Below are positions 39,252 through 52,500 of a stretch of 64,000 nucleotides of DNA, piece after piece. This DNA comes from Mizuhopecten yessoensis (lineage: Eukaryota). A program made the translations under genes and the position numbers. The stretch is taken from positions 1 to 64,000 of the forward strand of contig NW_018408472.1 in assembly GCF_002113885.1 (NCBI RefSeq), read 5' to 3'. Each line of letters begins with the position of its first letter. Position 1 is the stretch's first letter. The notes under the pieces were generated by a model. That model worked only from the letters and a program-made list of their open reading frames with translations, made no database searches and was not told where the DNA came from.

Positions 39252-41417
39252 CAGTAATGAATTAAGACAGTCTCAAAGAGAACAACAGAACCACAGAATG
39301 GGACTGTGATAAGGCAATGGAGATTGGGATTGCAACAAGAGAATGGAGGAGAAACGAGCTTAGCTTATTTTCTACTGAAAATAAAAAGGATAACCAAAAA
39401 TTGCTATTTGTTAGATATAAACTACAGGAAACTTTACAGACATCAAAATGTTAGAATAACTTTACAAAATCATAGTGCTATTGTCTTCCATGATGGCCTA
39501 TTCATATTTATCTATTCAGTTTTGTATTGAAAGTTGCATAAAATTTGTTTAACTCCCAAATTGCCAAAGGATTTTCCAATCAAAAATTGCTTGCCTTAAA
39601 CCATAATACAAGCAGAAACTGCTCAAAGGGACTATAATTCTATATATTTCAGTACACTTTTCCATAGAGTTACCTTATACCCAGCTGTTACAAGTGAAAA
39701 CTAAACAACTGTTTCCAAAGAAAATCAAAAGAGCCCAGATTACACCTAATCACAATTTCCCTTATGAGAATTTTAAACCACGTTTCATACAGTACAACCT
39801 GGTCAGGTTATTGATATTTCCTCTATAAAACACAGAAATGCTTAGTGGCTCCCCCAGGGTGAACAGGAAGGGTCTGTTAATTCTCAAACATCAGACAACA
39901 GCAGACTATTTATAACACTTCAACCACTATAAGATACAATCCTGATTTCAATTAACCGATATCATAACATAGAATCATTATATAATTAACAAACATAACA
40001 GCTATGTTATATAAGGTTCACCCAGTACAGACAGTAAGGGTACCTGGGTAGCCCAATAGTCAGAGACTAGTGAAATCTCCAGCTGGACTAGTACATGTAC
40101 TTAGTACTTCTAAAAACTGCTAGCCCAAATGACAAGTCAAAACTTGATTTTATATATCATGTATAATATTGGGAAAGTAGAATTTCCACAGGGACTAGTA
40201 AAATTAAAATCTACTACATATGTAGCCTGACTGACCAGTGGTTTTTGAAATTAATTTCTAGTCCGGTCAGTAATACTTAGACACTAATTGGAAAATGAAC
40301 ATTCCAGTCCTCCAATATCGGGGAAAATGTGCTTTTGCTAACTGCAACTGGTTGTAGAGTGTATACATGTTAAATACTCAAGTTTGTTTTAAAACATAAT
40401 GAACATCAAAAGTTAGATAAATTTATCACAAGAGAAAGTAAATACATTTTCCACTCCACTCAGAGTTTATTTTTATATAAAATACAATGACATTCAGTAG
40501 TGTCTAACCAATCTGTCAACAGCTCAAAATTTAACAATAAAATTACAAGTGATATTTGATTTATTTTGTCCCATCATAAATACCAAACTAAGTAAACACA
40601 ATACATTTTAGTGACATTAAAACACTCACCATAAGCTCTGCCCCGCAGGAACTGTTTTGGAATAGATGTTAATGATATAAATGCTACATGTAACAAGCTG
40701 ACAGACTCAAAATGACAAACCACGCCCAACTATTCGAGTCTTTACCTCAAAATTTGAGTAGTCACCTGTGATTCCTGGGTTGTGGGGAGGGGTTGAGGCA
40801 TTGTCAATATAGACCTGGAGTTGGGGACAATCTTATCAGGTTTTATAAACCGGACAGATATGGCCACACCACATTACATGAGTCGGTGTTCCCTGGACAG
40901 CTAGTGTCCATGTCCCCTGTCCAGAAACATTCTGGCTATCTACAGTAAACACCACCCTGCACATACCGACCAAATACCATAAATTCATATTGAATGATAG
41001 CCAAGACTGGTCAGGCTGACCTGTATTGAGATGAAAGGGTTTATTCCATCCAGGACATGGATCCCTGGGGATGGGGTTGAGGTGGGGAGAGAGGAGAACA
41101 GTGTTTCAGATGATAGAGCTTACTTGATCCAGGGGCAAAACCAAAAGGGATGGGGATAAAGATCATATACCTAGCAAGGACCCCTAATACCCTTCAAAAT
41201 ACCAGTTTTTAGCATTTTTGCAGGGAATTTGTCCACTCAATTATGTTGATATATATTCAACCCCCCCAAAAATTATAATGAAGACATTGGGTGCAAAATA
41301 ATAAAAACCTTATTTGTCAAACTGATTAAGTAGCCTCTTCATACAACATTTCTCAAAACATTTGATTCTGAAATTTAGATAGGTGTTAATTCAGACTAGG
41401 TGTTAATTCAAACAGAA

Positions 41418-42452
41418 AGGTAGCAATCTCTCTAGAAAGGCAACACTGCAAAGTGGTGGTCTCTCTGGATAGACAATGGTCTGTTCAGACAGGTGGCGGT
41501 CTCTGTAGACAAGTGGTGGTCTCTCTGGACAGACAATGGTCTGTTCAGACAGGTGGCAAACTCCAGGCAAGTGCATGTGGCAAACTTTCCAGACAGGTGG
41601 CACACTCATGATCATCAGACTGGTAGCAAACTCATCAGACAGATGATGGTCTATCTGGACAGGTTGTGGTCTCTTCCGACAGACTGATCTTTTGAGACAG
41701 GAAATGGTCTTTCTAGACAGGTAGCAAACTCACCAGACTAGTAGCAAACTCTCCAGACACCTGATGGTCTTTCTAGACAGGTGGTGGTCTCTTCTGACAG
41801 GTAGCACACTCTCTAGATAGGTGGTGTTCTCTTCTGACAGGTAGCAAACTCTGTAGACAGGTGGTGGTCTCTTCTGACAGGTAGCAAACTATCCAGACAG
41901 GTGGTGGTCTCTTCTGACAGGTAGCAAACTCACCAGACTAGTAGCAAACTCTCCAGACAGATGATGGTCTCTCTAGACAGGTGGTGGTCTCTTCTTACAG
42001 GTAGCAAACTATCCAGACAGGTGGTGGTCTCTTCTGACAGGTAGCAAACTCACCAGACTAGATGCAAACTCTCCAGACTAGTGGCAAACTCTCCAGACAG
42101 ATGATGGTCTCTCTAGACAGGTGGTGGTCTCTTCAGACAGGTAGCAAACTATCCTGACAGGTGGTGGTCTCTTCTGACAGGTAGCAAACTCACCAGACTA
42201 GTAGAAACTCTCCAGACAGATGATGGTCTCTCTAAACAGATGATGGTCTCTCTAGACAGGTGGTGGTCTCTTCTGACAGGTAGCAAACTATCCAGACAGG
42301 TGGTGGTCTCCCTAACAAGGAGATAGTCTCTTACAACAGACAGTAATCTCTTGGGACAGGTAGTGGTCTGTCTAGACAGATGGCAAACTTTCAAGATATG
42401 TAGTGTTTTCTGGTGAGAGGTGACAAACTCCTCAGGCAGATGGTGGTCTCCC
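41418..42452. repeat. Complex satellite built of ~20-bp variant units
   Basis: Alternating gacaggtggtggtctcttct and gacaggtagcaaactctcca units. Confidence 0.92.
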
Positions 42453-44328
42453 CAAACAACTTACAAGTGGGCATGAAGTCCATCATTTTTATGTACATAT
42501 TGTGTATGGTATGGCCTTATTGGACAATTTTTAATTAAATTTACCATATCACCAACCAACGCAAGTTATTTATCAGAAATTACCGCAATTCAATCTAACA
42601 AACAAACAAAAATAGCCAGGAAACTTGGATACTTGTTAATACAGTTTAAAAGACTCACAATTACTTAAAAGTCACACGATAACAAATGGTTCAATTCCAA
42701 CTGTACATTCATTAGCAGAACTTTGGAGATAGAAGAAAATCATCAATATATATATTCGAAGATGTAATGGATCAGGGCAAACAGATCTAGATTGTAATAG
42801 CAAGTGAATTTTTGTGTCTAAATTTTCAGCTTCAAGCAATAGTATTTGACTGGTGTTTTTTTTTTAATTTTTATCCTTGCCCTGAGGGGTAGAAATATCA
42901 ACAACATATGGTGTTTTGGGGATGGAGGTGGTGAAATACTGATAACATCTGGTGTCTGCGGAGATGGCAACACCATATGGTGTCAACTGTTGGGGGAAAA
43001 GGAACCAACTACACTTTTATTACCCGTTTCTATACCTGCTCAAAGCATATTTGTAACTCATTAAAAACCTCTACAGCAATTTTGAAAAATCTCCAATGGC
43101 ACAAGTTTACTTACAATACGGTAAGCAAGCAATTTCTACACTTTTAAAAATCTTGGAATTCCAAAATCCAAACAAAACTATTGTAAAATCCTCTGAAGTC
43201 ACTTACAAGAGAAACAAATAGCAACATATCTCCACAACACCCTTGAAAATCTAAGTACTTAACTGGTAGCAAAAAAATATATTAAATCATAACAAATTTG
43301 AAAATATCTCATGAGGAAAGAATGGTAACAAATCTCTACAACACTTTGAACATTTTTGAAAATCTGATTTTAAAATTTCCCAAGGGCAATTGATTTGTAA
43401 GAAAAAAAAAAGTTATGTATCAGTTAATAGCCCAGTGAAATTTGTCTAAACCTGAATCAATATGGAAACCTTAAATTGATACTGCTGTAGCTTGCCAAAA
43501 CTTTTACTCCCAAATATTATATCAAAGTTGAAAAACCTGAGCATACACAATGTCAGGATTTTCTCCTTGCTGATAAATCAAACTTTTTTGACATCTAAAC
43601 CTTCAGCTCAATACGTTCAAATGTTGATGCTGAGTCACTCCAGACTCTGTATCCTATTACAGATCTTGCTTTCCCAACTATTTTGGGATGGGGCCTGTGG
43701 CATTGAGTCAGAAAAAATAGGTTACAGAAAATAAATCAATAATAACTTCAAAAATCAATAAACAAAATCTCTGTAAACAAGGTGAAAATAAAATGAAAAA
43801 CATCCTACATAGTTTGGAATTTTTTAAGGGAATATTACAGAAATATTGTGCACACTTAAAAAATTATTTTTCCATTGGGAATGGAGCTTAATTTTAAGTA
43901 TAAAGGGGAGAAGAGCCAACGCCGTTCCAATATTAGGTAGGATCCTTTTGTTTTGGTGTTGGCTAGACTATGGATACCTTCACGGTAATAACAAAGTTAT
44001 CCATCCTATTAATCTTGTAAGCTGGTCTATGTTGTGGAACCTCCTACCCCCTACAAATTGATTTTAAGTAAATTCAAAATTATTGAAACAGATTCAGATT
44101 GAAATCAAATTATTTCATATGATGTGTATGAATGTGTATGAATCTATGATTCAATGACAACGTCAAGTATATAATAGTGAGGGGAAAATGTTGTTATATC
44201 ACTTTTCTTTTGATATTTAACTACATATTATTTGATTATTCCCTTCAATTCTCTATCAATTTCTGGTCTGTAAAAATTGCTGTAGGTCTATGTGAAATCT
44301 TTATCACACAGCCCAATTGTCTATTATG

Positions 44329-46304
44329 TAGGGATGGGCAATCAGTTTAAAATCCTAGTGGATAATCAGTTTGTAATCAGAAGTAGTGAACTAATGGATG
44401 ATCGATTGCATAATCGGTTTATAATATAATCTGAATATCCAAATAGACAGAGTTGTTAACTATACATTAGGTTTCGTTCTTTTACAAGAGGCCCATGGGC
44501 CTTAACGGTCACCTGAGTTATGTAAAAACTGATGTTATCGATGTTGCCAAATGAAAAAGAAATCATTTTGTAACAATGGTAACTTGAACAACATGTATTT
44601 TCAAAATTAGTGTGAAAGATCTGGGTAGTATATGTACTATGTACAAATAGAGATTCTGTCAGTCAGCTGAATTATGTAAAGCACCTTAAGACCCTTCCAT
44701 CTGTGAAGAGTATTTGATTCTACCATATCTGGGTCTTGAGAAGATTTTTTTTTGAAATTTCAGTAAATTCGACCCTTTTTGGCCCCACCCATCCGCTCCT
44801 GGATGTGATTCAGGGCTGATTTGTGCATATCATTGAACTGCTCTCAAATACTGATAATGCTAACTAAGTTTGAATTAATTCCAATGGAAATTAAACAAAT
44901 GTTGGTCCAAAATGTGATTTCCCTACATAAACTATAGTAAAGTTTATCCCCTCCCCAGGGGGAAACGTGAGACCCCAGGGTCAAGAAATTCACAATTTTG
45001 GTAAAGCACCTTAAGACCCTTCCATCTATGAAGAGTATTTGATTCTACCATATCTGGGTCTTGAGAAGATTTTTTTTTGAAAATTCAGTCAATTCGACCC
45101 TTTTTGGCACCACCCATCAGCTCCTGGATGTGATTCAGGGCTGATTTGTGCATATCATTGACCTGCTATCAAATACTGATAATGCTAACTAAGTTTGAAT
45201 TAATTCCAATTGAAATTAAACAAATGCTGGTCCAAAATGTGAGTTCCCTACATAAACTATAGTAAAGTTTATCCCCTCCCCAGGGGGAAACGTGAGACCC
45301 CAGGGTCAAGAAATTCACAATTTTGGTAAAGCACCTTAAGACCCTTCCATCTGTGAAGAGTATTTGATTCTAACATATCTGGGTCTTGAGAAGATTTCTT
45401 TTTGAAATTTCAGTCAATGCGTCCCTTTTTGGCCCCACCCATCCGCTCCTGGATGTGATTCAGGGCTGATTTGTGCATATCATTGACCTGCTATCAAATA
45501 CTGATAATGCTAACTAAGTTTGAATTAATTCCAATGGAAATTAAACAAATGCTGGTCCAAAATGTGATTTCCCTACATAAACTATAGTAAAGTTTATCCC
45601 CTCCCCAGGGGGAAACGTGAGACCCCAGGGTCAAGAAATTCACAATTTTGGTAAAGCACCTTAAGACCCTTCCATCTATGAAGAGTATTTGATTTTACCA
45701 TATCTGGGTCTTGAGAAGATTTTTTTTTTGAAATTTCAGTCAATTCGACCCTTTTTGGCCCCACCCATCAGCTCCTGGATGTGATTCAGGGCTGATTTGT
45801 GCATATCATTGAACTGCTATCAAATACTGATAATGCTAACTAAGTTTGAATTAATTCCAATGGAAATTAAACAAATGCTGGTCCAAAATGTGATTTCCCT
45901 ACATAAACTATAGTAAAGTTTATCCCCTCCCCAGGGGGAAAAATTTGATCGAAATTGGTTCAGGGGTATTGGAGAAGAAGTCGAAAATGTAAATTGTTTA
46001 CGGATGCACGACGGACAACGCCGGACAAAAGGCGATCGCAATAGCTCACTGGAGACTTTGTCTCAGGTGACCTAATAATGTATGGATTTCAAGCAATTTT
46101 TATGCAGTTTTATCACTCATATAATAAAAATCATAAAAATATATGACTTTTAATACATTTTTTACATTGAAAACTTTAACACTTTGATATTAATGAAGAA
46201 CAAATTACATCGATAACAGAATTTGTAATCGATAATCGGAATCGGAAAGGGCAAACTGATTGATGTTCGATTATCGATTATAATCGATCATCAGCCCACC
46301 ACTA
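44329..46304. mobile_element. hAT-like MITE split by a nested Helentron-like insertion
   Basis: TIRs TAGGGATGGGC and GCCCACCACTA (9/11 match), ATCGAT-rich subterminal repeats, and a degenerate 8-bp TSD ctattatg/ccattttg (6/8). Confidence 0.65.
44484..46075 (+). mobile_element. Non-autonomous Helentron/HINE-like element, family B, with ~4 x 325-bp internal tandem core
   Basis: Starts acaagaggcccatgggccttaacggtcacctgag. Core aaagcaccttaagacccttccatct at 44678, 45003, 45328 and 45653. GGAC motifs, then the 3' hairpin gctcactggagactttgtctcaggtgacct. Confidence 0.8.
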
Positions 46305-49300
46305 CCATTTTGTGTTAATTCTTAATTCTAAGAATGACATGTCTGTGATTTTCAATTGGTTTTAAAACAATTACACTAATACTTGCAGCCAGACACGACT
46401 GAGATCTAATCTTTTCTTCTTAAAATGAACTGAACTTGTCCAGCAAACTTGAGGGTTTGGGTATATATGTCTCAACATGTTAAGTTAGTGTATACAGCAC
46501 ATATTGTATATCATCATATGTGTTAAAAACAGATTTGTTATCCCAAACAGTCTACCTATCGACAGATGATAAGGACACCTACAGACTTTATCGGGATCTG
46601 GACACGTATCAAGAAACACCCACACTTCAATAAACACCTACACCTCAATTTCTATCAGAAGTGTACAATTCTTAAATAGGTTGACTTTTCCACACTAGCT
46701 ACACAACTATGCATTAAAACTTCTATCTTGAATCAGCAGTGGGTTTTTTTTCATAATTTTTGGAACATTATTTTAGATGATCAGTTAAAATTGCAAATAC
46801 ATGTACAATCCCCATTTATGGTTCTTTTATTTATACACAAACTTAAAAGTCTGCACAGCTGATATATGATAAACAAATTAAACTTTACTAAGAGATAATT
46901 ACAATCTTAGTGTTATGGTCACTTGCAAAGAATTACTTTCCTCATTATAGAGGTATAATAATATACTTGTCTTCATCTGGGAAAGTTTTTAACAATTGCT
47001 CAAAGAAAATTAATAGACAGTGCAGATTCATTCTAATGCTGCATCAGACATGATTTTATAAGTAACTTTAACACAAAATTCTTTAAATTGATGAGAAACA
47101 TTAAGGTTCTACCTTCTGGAAGCCATTCAGATTTTATCATGGGTGCATTGTACTTGCAAGTATATAATCAGAATTCTTAAACGCTTCAATGGATTGTTTT
47201 AACATTTTTATTTTACTTTTCCATATTTATATATCCATAAATACAGGGGATGGAGATCCAACGGTAGTTCCCATAAAGATCAGCCAAGTTCAGCATATCC
47301 CAGTTGATGGATTCTTTACATTGAATTCACTGGTGCGGTGATATAAGTATAGAATCACTAATGAGAACAGATGACCATAACAACATCAACTGGGATATCA
47401 GCAAATTTAATCCTGTGTTTACATGTTTCGGCCGTCATCAGAACATATATCAGAATAAGAACATCAGAATATTTATCTACATAAGTTAATACATATACAC
47501 TGTGATCAACAAAAAGGGCCATAACTCTGTATATAATGGAAAACAAGTGCCAACATTTTTGTATGAGACACTCCTCTCAATAATGCAGCGTTAGACACTG
47601 ACTATTTTTGCTTGATAGTCCACAGAACTAGTTGGTTAGACTATTTACAAGTTCTACGCCAATATTTCCGTCAGGAAACATCTCCAGCACAAAACATAAG
47701 AAGTAATTAACTGCAGGAGACACGAAATAAGCAACGTCATGAGGACAGGGTAAAGTTTCAGGAAAATTTGACAACTGTCATGCAGTATACCTGTATTTTT
47801 GGCAGTTTTCCGAAAGGAATATTACATTTTTGTTGATAATTTTAAAATCTAAAATAATACGATGAAATATTTGCAAGGCCATAGGATCAGTTAAGTTTCA
47901 CGATACACAAGTTCTATTAAAAATCTTGTAGATTTGGACTAGAACACTTACAGGTGTAAATGTTGATTAACTGTTGAATGCCACATTTAATTGCAAGTTT
48001 TGTGAATGTGGGTAAAAAAGCAAGCAGGAAATTATATATATATATACATTGCTTCTGACAAAGTATAAAAGCTTTTTGTTTTCCTGGTCCCAATGAAACA
48101 AAAAGTATTCTCTCAGAAATTCTGGGTTGATGTCTTTCTTTTCATTTATTAGTTTAACAGTCTGAAGAATCTCCTAGAAGAGATGAAAGTACTAAAGACT
48201 CGTTGTTGAGAGTTTTTCTTTTTATGATATTTCTTCGTCCGTAAGGATCATTTTTCTGATTTATAATATATATATATATATGTTTGTCTTGAAGTAAAAA
48301 TCTGCTTCTGGAAAAAAATATGTTTACCAGGATGTCCCCTATAAAGTAGAAACATACATTCATGTACATCCTCAGGTCTCACACTTACATACCATAAATG
48401 TTGAAAAAACAACTGTTTATCTGTATGTTCTATCAAAACAGAATATGTCTTTATTTCCAAAAATTCTCTTCATATGTGCATGGACTTCAATATAATCATC
48501 TGCACATAAAAGAATATAAGAGTATCCCTTTATTACACCAGATACACTCAGTATTAATATCAGATAAATCTTTCAATTTTGATTCCGTGTCCTCATTGAA
48601 AAATAGTTGCAGGCAAAAAGAATAAGGTTGATCTCATTACATGTGAACATTAAACTGGCTATGTTTTTTTCCAATTCGTTTAACTATCTGTTTAGAATAT
48701 TTTGAACATGGTGATTGATTGACTTGGAAACAAACAAACTGTATGCTCTGTTCCAGTTCTAATTAATGGAAAATTGAGGAAGAGCTTCGCCCATTGTTTT
48801 TGAGAGGACATTAGGGTTATAGAACCAAACGAATGCACCAATAGAGCTATTGATTATAAATGTATCCAGACAACTTCAAATCAAATTTTATCAATATTGA
48901 ATGTCTCCTGTGTAATACAGGAGTTGTCTCCCCTGACCCATCACCATTCCTCCCGAGATTATATACTGAATTTCACGCTATTATTAGATACGATGCTGTA
49001 CGTGACATGATTCAAGCGATCAAATTGCGTGATCTCTAGTGCATTTAACAATCGAACGATAAGATATGACGACGGATCAGTATGAAACGACGATGAAAAT
49101 CCTGAAAGATGACACCGGTATTTTATGATTCACAATGTCTCTGTGTATTGTTATGATTAAGTGATTTCGTCCAAGATTTCATTATATTCACCAGAAATGT
49201 TGGCAATATTTGTGTATCAAGTTGTTATCTCTGACAAAATGTTAACAGCCCTTTAAGAATTAATTCTTTTAAATAGGCAAACGCAGCTAAGTAATACAAA

Positions 49301-49307
49301 GACTTAC

Positions 49308-49400
49308 CCAGTTCTATGTTCATCGTGTCTGTTCGTTAGAAGTGACGGTCAATGTAACGGCTCTTCTGATTGGATCAAGCCTGTATAATTTAGCCAATGA
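49308..49400 (-). promoter_or_regulatory. Candidate distal promoter and short first exon (two CCAAT boxes, Inr-like TCACTT, GTAAGT donor)
   Basis: CCAATCAG on the minus strand at 49373-49366, AGCCAATG at 49392-49399, TCACTT near 49343, ATG at 49323, and TGG|GTAAGT after 49308. The nearest downstream minus-strand gene is CLIC. Confidence 0.5.
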
Positions 49401-49523
49401 AATTGAAGTTGACAGAAATCTAGAGTAGCAGGTTCCCGCATCATCAACAAGGATCAATTATCGTTTCTCGGTTCAATATTTAAAATCTGTTTAAAAGAAT
49501 TGCAAACAAAGAGTATTCCTACA

Positions 49524-52500
49524 GTTTAATCACGGACTTAAATAGCAATCGTATTTCGTGGAATAATAAAGAACGATCTAATCAAGTACAGAAAAAAACT
49601 GAATTATAAGTATGTATTGAGAATTTACTGGTGTGTGAAAACATTATATGGATATTTCTATGGTTCCTCTCCAAAGAACCATTCTGATACATATAATTGA
49701 ATAATGTGACTCAGACTCTTGAACGGTAATTATTATTTGTGAAAAGGGGTGAACAAATTAAAATGACTTGAAAACACTCAGAGACGTCGCATTCTAATCA
49801 ATAGCAACCTTTCATATTTATCTCCGAGATTTCAACAGTCTCTTCAGATGACTGGCCAAGTCCTTTTGTCTTACGGCCTCCTTCATCACAACAGAGACGT
49901 ATTATATGTCTCTGATCACAACGTGTGTAATGGACAAGTATGCTAGGATTGTCTCCCCTGCAATATAGGTTTGAAGCGGTTTGCTCTCATATACATTGTA
50001 CCACGGAATTAGATTGCTATCTCTAAGTCCGTGATTGTAAATAGTTGTCCATGGTGCATACAATCAATTAGGATGATGCTTGTCACATAAAATGATACCT
50101 GATTTTTTAAATACCATTTCGTTTTTAAAGTGTACCATGAACGAAAATAGAAATGAATATATTATTATTCTATATATGTTCCAAAAACAAATTGTCGCGG
50201 AAAACCGCATAAAACAATGGCCATTCCAATACCGAGATATGGACGTGTAAATTGTACGATTTTCACCTGTCATTCTTCTACTAATTAGCATAATCGTAAC
50301 TCGCGCTGAATTGGCCCCTATCGGCTGTGACCTCACAAGTTCGAGAACAGCCATGGTCAAACAGCGTCAGATTGCGAATTAATTTTTGTTTTAGTTTTGA
50401 GGAATCAGATTATGCTGAAGATAACATTATGTAGATGGTATCCAGTCATATAAAATTTTACAGAATTTCCAGACAGTGAGTTTAATTGAAACCAAACTGA
50501 CGACTGGTGGCATTGCATGTCCTGAACTTGAGCACTGATGAGATTTGTTTGTTCAAATGAATGAATTTGATGGCAATTAAACAGAAATAGTCTCAATGTT
50601 GTCGATCAAAGATATTTCTTAATTTTTACCTGGAAAGTCAGTTTGGAATCATTTTCTTTCCTCTACACAGAGACGTAAAAGTGTATGCACTTTATATATC
50701 ATTGAACAGCACTACTTCGTGACCAGTTTCTGTGCCGGAAAACTTATATTGCAAAGTTATATACTGCGGTACCTCTACAGTCCAAAAATATATCGTTGAA
50801 AGATGTGTGTTTCCAAAATAACTTCAACGTTGGTGTCTGCTGTTTTAATTGTCACTATTTTTAGTATCACATTTTAATGTCAAATCGACGACATGGTGTC
50901 TTCCTTATGTTAGGTTTACAATACAAATAAACAGCAAAATATCGACAGTTACACATTTAAGTGTATACAATACAGTACCTCTGTATGCGATGCTAAATCA
51001 GATAACGAACTTGTATAATCTAATTCAGTGATTACTTTTATCTCAAAAATATAATTGAATTATGAGATTCAAACATTTTTGTTTCTCCCTATATACATCA
51101 GAGACGTATATACTTTAATATGGCTTTTTTATGTCTCTGCTATACATCAGAGACGTATAATAATTATACGTCTCTGTATACATGTAGCATACACAAGTTA
51201 TAATCTAACATCTTGGTTAAATAAGGAAAATCAACTTGGTCCACTCCCTAAGCATACTTAGGTGTGCAATGTGTGTACAGGTAAATAGCACTAAACACAT
51301 GTGTCCAGTGCTGACAGCAGGAGGCCCAATACACACCTATATATATGTGTACAGGTATGACATCAAAGGGTTGTCAGCAGGTGGGCAAGGGGGTACCTGA
51401 AGTTAGCATGTAGATTGCAATTGGTGCAGATTATGTGTCTTCCAATTTTCAATTTAACAACAATGTCCTCAGGTGAGATAACGGGGAAATGTATAAGCAG
51501 AGACGTATATATTACGTCTTGGTATAAGGATCAATTTCAAGAAAAATATAAATAAATAAAATACGTAAGTACTGTCACAGAGTCACATAATATGCAAACC
51601 ACAATCAGTACAACTGCATCACTCGATAGATGAAAGTCAAAACGAGGCAAATAATGCTGGACCATGCTAAGCACATCATATATCTGATAAAGTGGTTTAT
51701 TGATAAAGTACTAATCTTTGTGAGACTTGAACGGACAGGTTCTCCCTCTGCAATATTCTTAGAAGTGGTGTGTATATCTTTTATGTGCTAAATTCCTTGG
51801 ATTGCATAAAGAATAAAAACGTTCCAAGTTTTATGACTGGGAGTAAAAAAACACGGGTTGCTGCTCAATTTGAGTATAAATTATTGTACCGGTGCATTTT
51901 TTGTTTGTTTATCTACATATTGTAAAGAAAGGGGTGCGGTACGCCTACGTTAATTTGATTCAATTTTTAATCAATTGTTTTGTGTTGTAAATAGGTAGGT
52001 GTTCATCAAATTTTCTAAAGATCAATTTAATAATAAAAAGTATATTATTTACAGTCACTAGATAAACAAATTGTGTAAAAAACACATTTCAATTTAGATA
52101 GCATCCAACACACCGTTTGCTTCCTCAGGAGGAACTCATTTCATAATTAAAATTGTAAAAAAATCATTTATATGTATGTAGTCTTTAAATATTACCTACA
52201 CAAGTAAGTGACGACGGAATATATCATATAAGTAGCTAAAAAGCTCACATATCGAACGCACGATCGAAGCTTCTCGTTATATTCCTATAGGGCTGCATGT
52301 TGAACTTGTGATGTCACAGATGTGGCTACCCCCATGGAGGTGATCGCAGCTGAGCCAAAGGTGTGGTTTTCAGATAAATCACAATATCACGGAAACGGAG
52401 TCAACTACGACGTTCGCACTTTCTTAGCCTTTTATTATATTAAGTATTTTCATAGCTTGATATAGCAAAACGTTCAGGGTACACTTTAATCCCCAGCACG

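Noticed and set aside
40030-40265. Possible decayed hAT-like MITE (ggtagccc/ggactagt motifs)
   Set aside because: No matching TIR pair or TSD could be identified.
26682-48392. Additional GTAAGT/GTAATG donor-like sites (about 26683, 36006, 43113, 43206, 48390) as further first exons
   Set aside because: Such hexamers are expected several times by chance in 26 kb of AT-rich DNA, and these lack convincing promoter support.
12153-49323. The 49.3-kb phase-1 exon as TAF10 exon 1, with CLIC nested in a 37-kb same-strand intron
   Set aside because: It is frame-compatible but unparsimonious. Suitable TAF10 start exons exist at 15.0-15.2 kb, and the strong CLIC acceptor intervenes.
50668-50700. cagagacgtaaaag as another footprint
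   Set aside because: Only one end is visible, with no inverted partner or duplicated heptamer.
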